Source of the DNA: an uncultured Spirochaetales bacterium
GTDB taxonomy: Bacteria > Spirochaetota > GWE2-31-10 > CAYYKD01
DNA: 64,000 nt
Assembly: GCA_964608985.1 (NCBI GenBank)
Contig: CAZSQU010000001.1
Span: 89,851 to 153,850 of the forward strand
Reading direction: 5' to 3'
Shown here: positions 62,775-64,000 of the stretch, one piece after another
How the letters are laid out: the number at the start of each line of letters is the position of its first letter
How positions within the stretch are numbered: the stretch's first letter is position 1
The notes under the pieces: model-generated
Told to the model about the DNA's origin: nothing
What the model saw: the letters and a program-made list of their open reading frames with translations, nothing else
Databases searched by the model: none
Made by a program: the position numbers and the translations under genes

Positions 62775-64000
62775 ATGAATGATTCAGCAGGAAACAGATT
62801 TTTGAAGATCGTAATTAATGGTAAAGAGATCAATGCGCTACCGGGTAACACAATTCTTCAAACACTATTGACAGAGGGTATAGATATACCTCATCTATGT
62901 CATGACACCAGATTATCAAAACCAAATGCAAACTGTGGCCTTTGTGTTGTTGAACTTGAAGAAGATGATAGATTTGTAAAAGCGTGCGAAACTCCTGTAC
63001 TTGAAGGAATGAAAATTCGTACTACAAATGAAAGACTTGAGGCTTATAGAAGAGTTAGATTTGAACAGATACTAAGTGATCATAATGCAGACTGTGTAGC
63101 ACCATGTGTTCAGACTTGTCCTGCCAACATTGATATTCAGGCATACCTGAGGCAGGTAGCAAGCGGCAACTTTAAAACAGCTTTAAGAATTATTAAAGAC
63201 AAAAATCCGTTCCCGATGGGATGCGGTAGAGTTTGCCCCCACCCGTGTGAATCTGAATGCAGAAGATCGCTTGTTGATGAACCTGTAGCTATCAACTATT
63301 TAAAGAGATTTGTTGCTGACTGGGACATGAGTCATGGAGAGCCATATTTACCTAAAAAAAGACCATCTACCGGTAAAAAAATTGCTATTGTCGGAGCAGG
63401 ACCGGCAGGTTTATCAGCCGCATATTACAGTGCAATATTTGGTCACAATGTTACTGTTTTTGAACAACAACCCTCTTCAGGCGGCATGATGAGATATGGA
63501 ATACCCGAATACAGATATCCGAAAAAAGTCCTTGAACAAGAGATTGATGTAATAAAAAAACTCGGAGTTGATATACAGAATGGAAAAAAACTCGGAACAC
63601 ATATAAGACTTGAAGAACTAAACAAAAATTATGATGCTGTAATGCTTGCAGTCGGTTCATGGCAAGCTAATGCAATGAGAGTTGAAGGCGAAAGAGCAAA
63701 AGGTGTATGGCTCGGTATTGAATTCCTTGAATCGGTTGCAAAAAATGAAAAAATTGATCTTGGTAAAGAGGTTATTGTAATTGGTGGCGGTAACACAGCT
63801 ATAGACTGTTCAAGAACCGCAAAGAGATTAGGGGCTAATGTTAAGCTTCTATACAGAAGAACCAGAGATGAAATGCCTGCAGAAGCCTTTGAAATCCACG
63901 AAGCGGATGAAGAAGGTATTGAGATGATATTCCTCGCCGCACCGACTAAGGTTATAGCCGGAGAAAATGGAAGTGTAAAAAGTGTTGAATTCATAAAAAT
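62775..64000 (+). CDS. GltD/NfnB-like NAD(P)H oxidoreductase with an N-terminal plant-type 2Fe-2S domain, 3'-partial (runs off the window)
   Basis: Not in the ORF track because no stop lies inside the window. ATG at 62775 with a CAGGAG ribosome-binding site. 'LCHDTRLSKPNANCGLCVVE' (2Fe-2S). 'CVAPCVQTCPANID' and 'NPFPMGCGRVCPHPCESEC' (GltD-type 4Fe-4S). 'KIAIVGAGPAGLSAAYY' and 'VIVIGGGNTAIDC' dinucleotide folds. Confidence 0.75.
   Translation, partial: MNDSAGNRFLKIVINGKEINALPGNTILQTLLTEGIDIPHLCHDTRLSKPNANCGLCVVELEEDDRFVKACETPVLEGMKIRTTNERLEAYRRVRFEQILSDHNADCVAPCVQTCPANIDIQAYLRQVASGNFKTALRIIKDKNPFPMGCGRVCPHPCESECRRSLVDEPVAINYLKRFVADWDMSHGEPYLPKKRPSTGKKIAIVGAGPAGLSAAYYSAIFGHNVTVFEQQPSSGGMMRYGIPEYRYPKKVLEQEIDVIKKLGVDIQNGKKLGTHIRLEELNKNYDAVMLAVGSWQANAMRVEGERAKGVWLGIEFLESVAKNEKIDLGKEVIVIGGGNTAIDCSRTAKRLGANVKLLYRRTRDEMPAEAFEIHEADEEGIEMIFLAAPTKVIAGENGSVKSVEFIK

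Overview
This is an AT-rich (roughly 30% GC) chromosomal segment from an anaerobic diderm bacterium. Coding is dense on both strands and mostly housekeeping. It carries parA-parB coupled to an upstream RND/MMPL exporter gene, two methylthiotransferase paralogs (MtaB-like and MiaB), mutS, a pyrB-pyrI-pyrD-pyrK-pyrC-pyrF operon, topA with a Xer recombinase gene, and tpiA-secG. It also carries a PaaK-like ligase with an ACT-domain partner, purD, deoC, ligA, lolCDE, an HndABCD-type [FeFe]-hydrogenase operon preceded by a DUF1667 gene, folP, galK, and both an ATP-type and a PPi-type phosphofructokinase. The window ends in a partial gene for a GltD-like oxidoreductase with an N-terminal 2Fe-2S domain. 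One RNA gene is present, a tRNA with a CAT anticodon (minus strand), with its own promoter and a flanking terminator. Second-messenger signalling proteins are unusually frequent. They comprise a protein with two cyclic-nucleotide-binding (CAP_ED) domains, a third CAP_ED protein with a coiled-coil tail directly downstream of an HD-GYP phosphodiesterase gene, a PilZ-like protein, an HDOD protein and a hybrid histidine kinase gene that overlaps the gene of a separate binding-protein-like lipoprotein. The features not explained by ordinary genes are fourfold. There is an extremely acidic (D/E/F) protein built from in-frame 30-nt tandem repeats. There is a 16-codon leader ORF ending at a terminator hairpin just upstream of pyrB, with no pyrR, which looks like a translation-coupled attenuator. 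And there are two compact elements in intergenic regions bounded by long inverted repeats, one of 165 bp between ligA and lolD and one of 231 bp upstream of the hydrogenase operon, the second also containing a small family of about 22-bp direct repeats. No CRISPR array, transposase, integrase, toxin-antitoxin pair or phage gene was seen.
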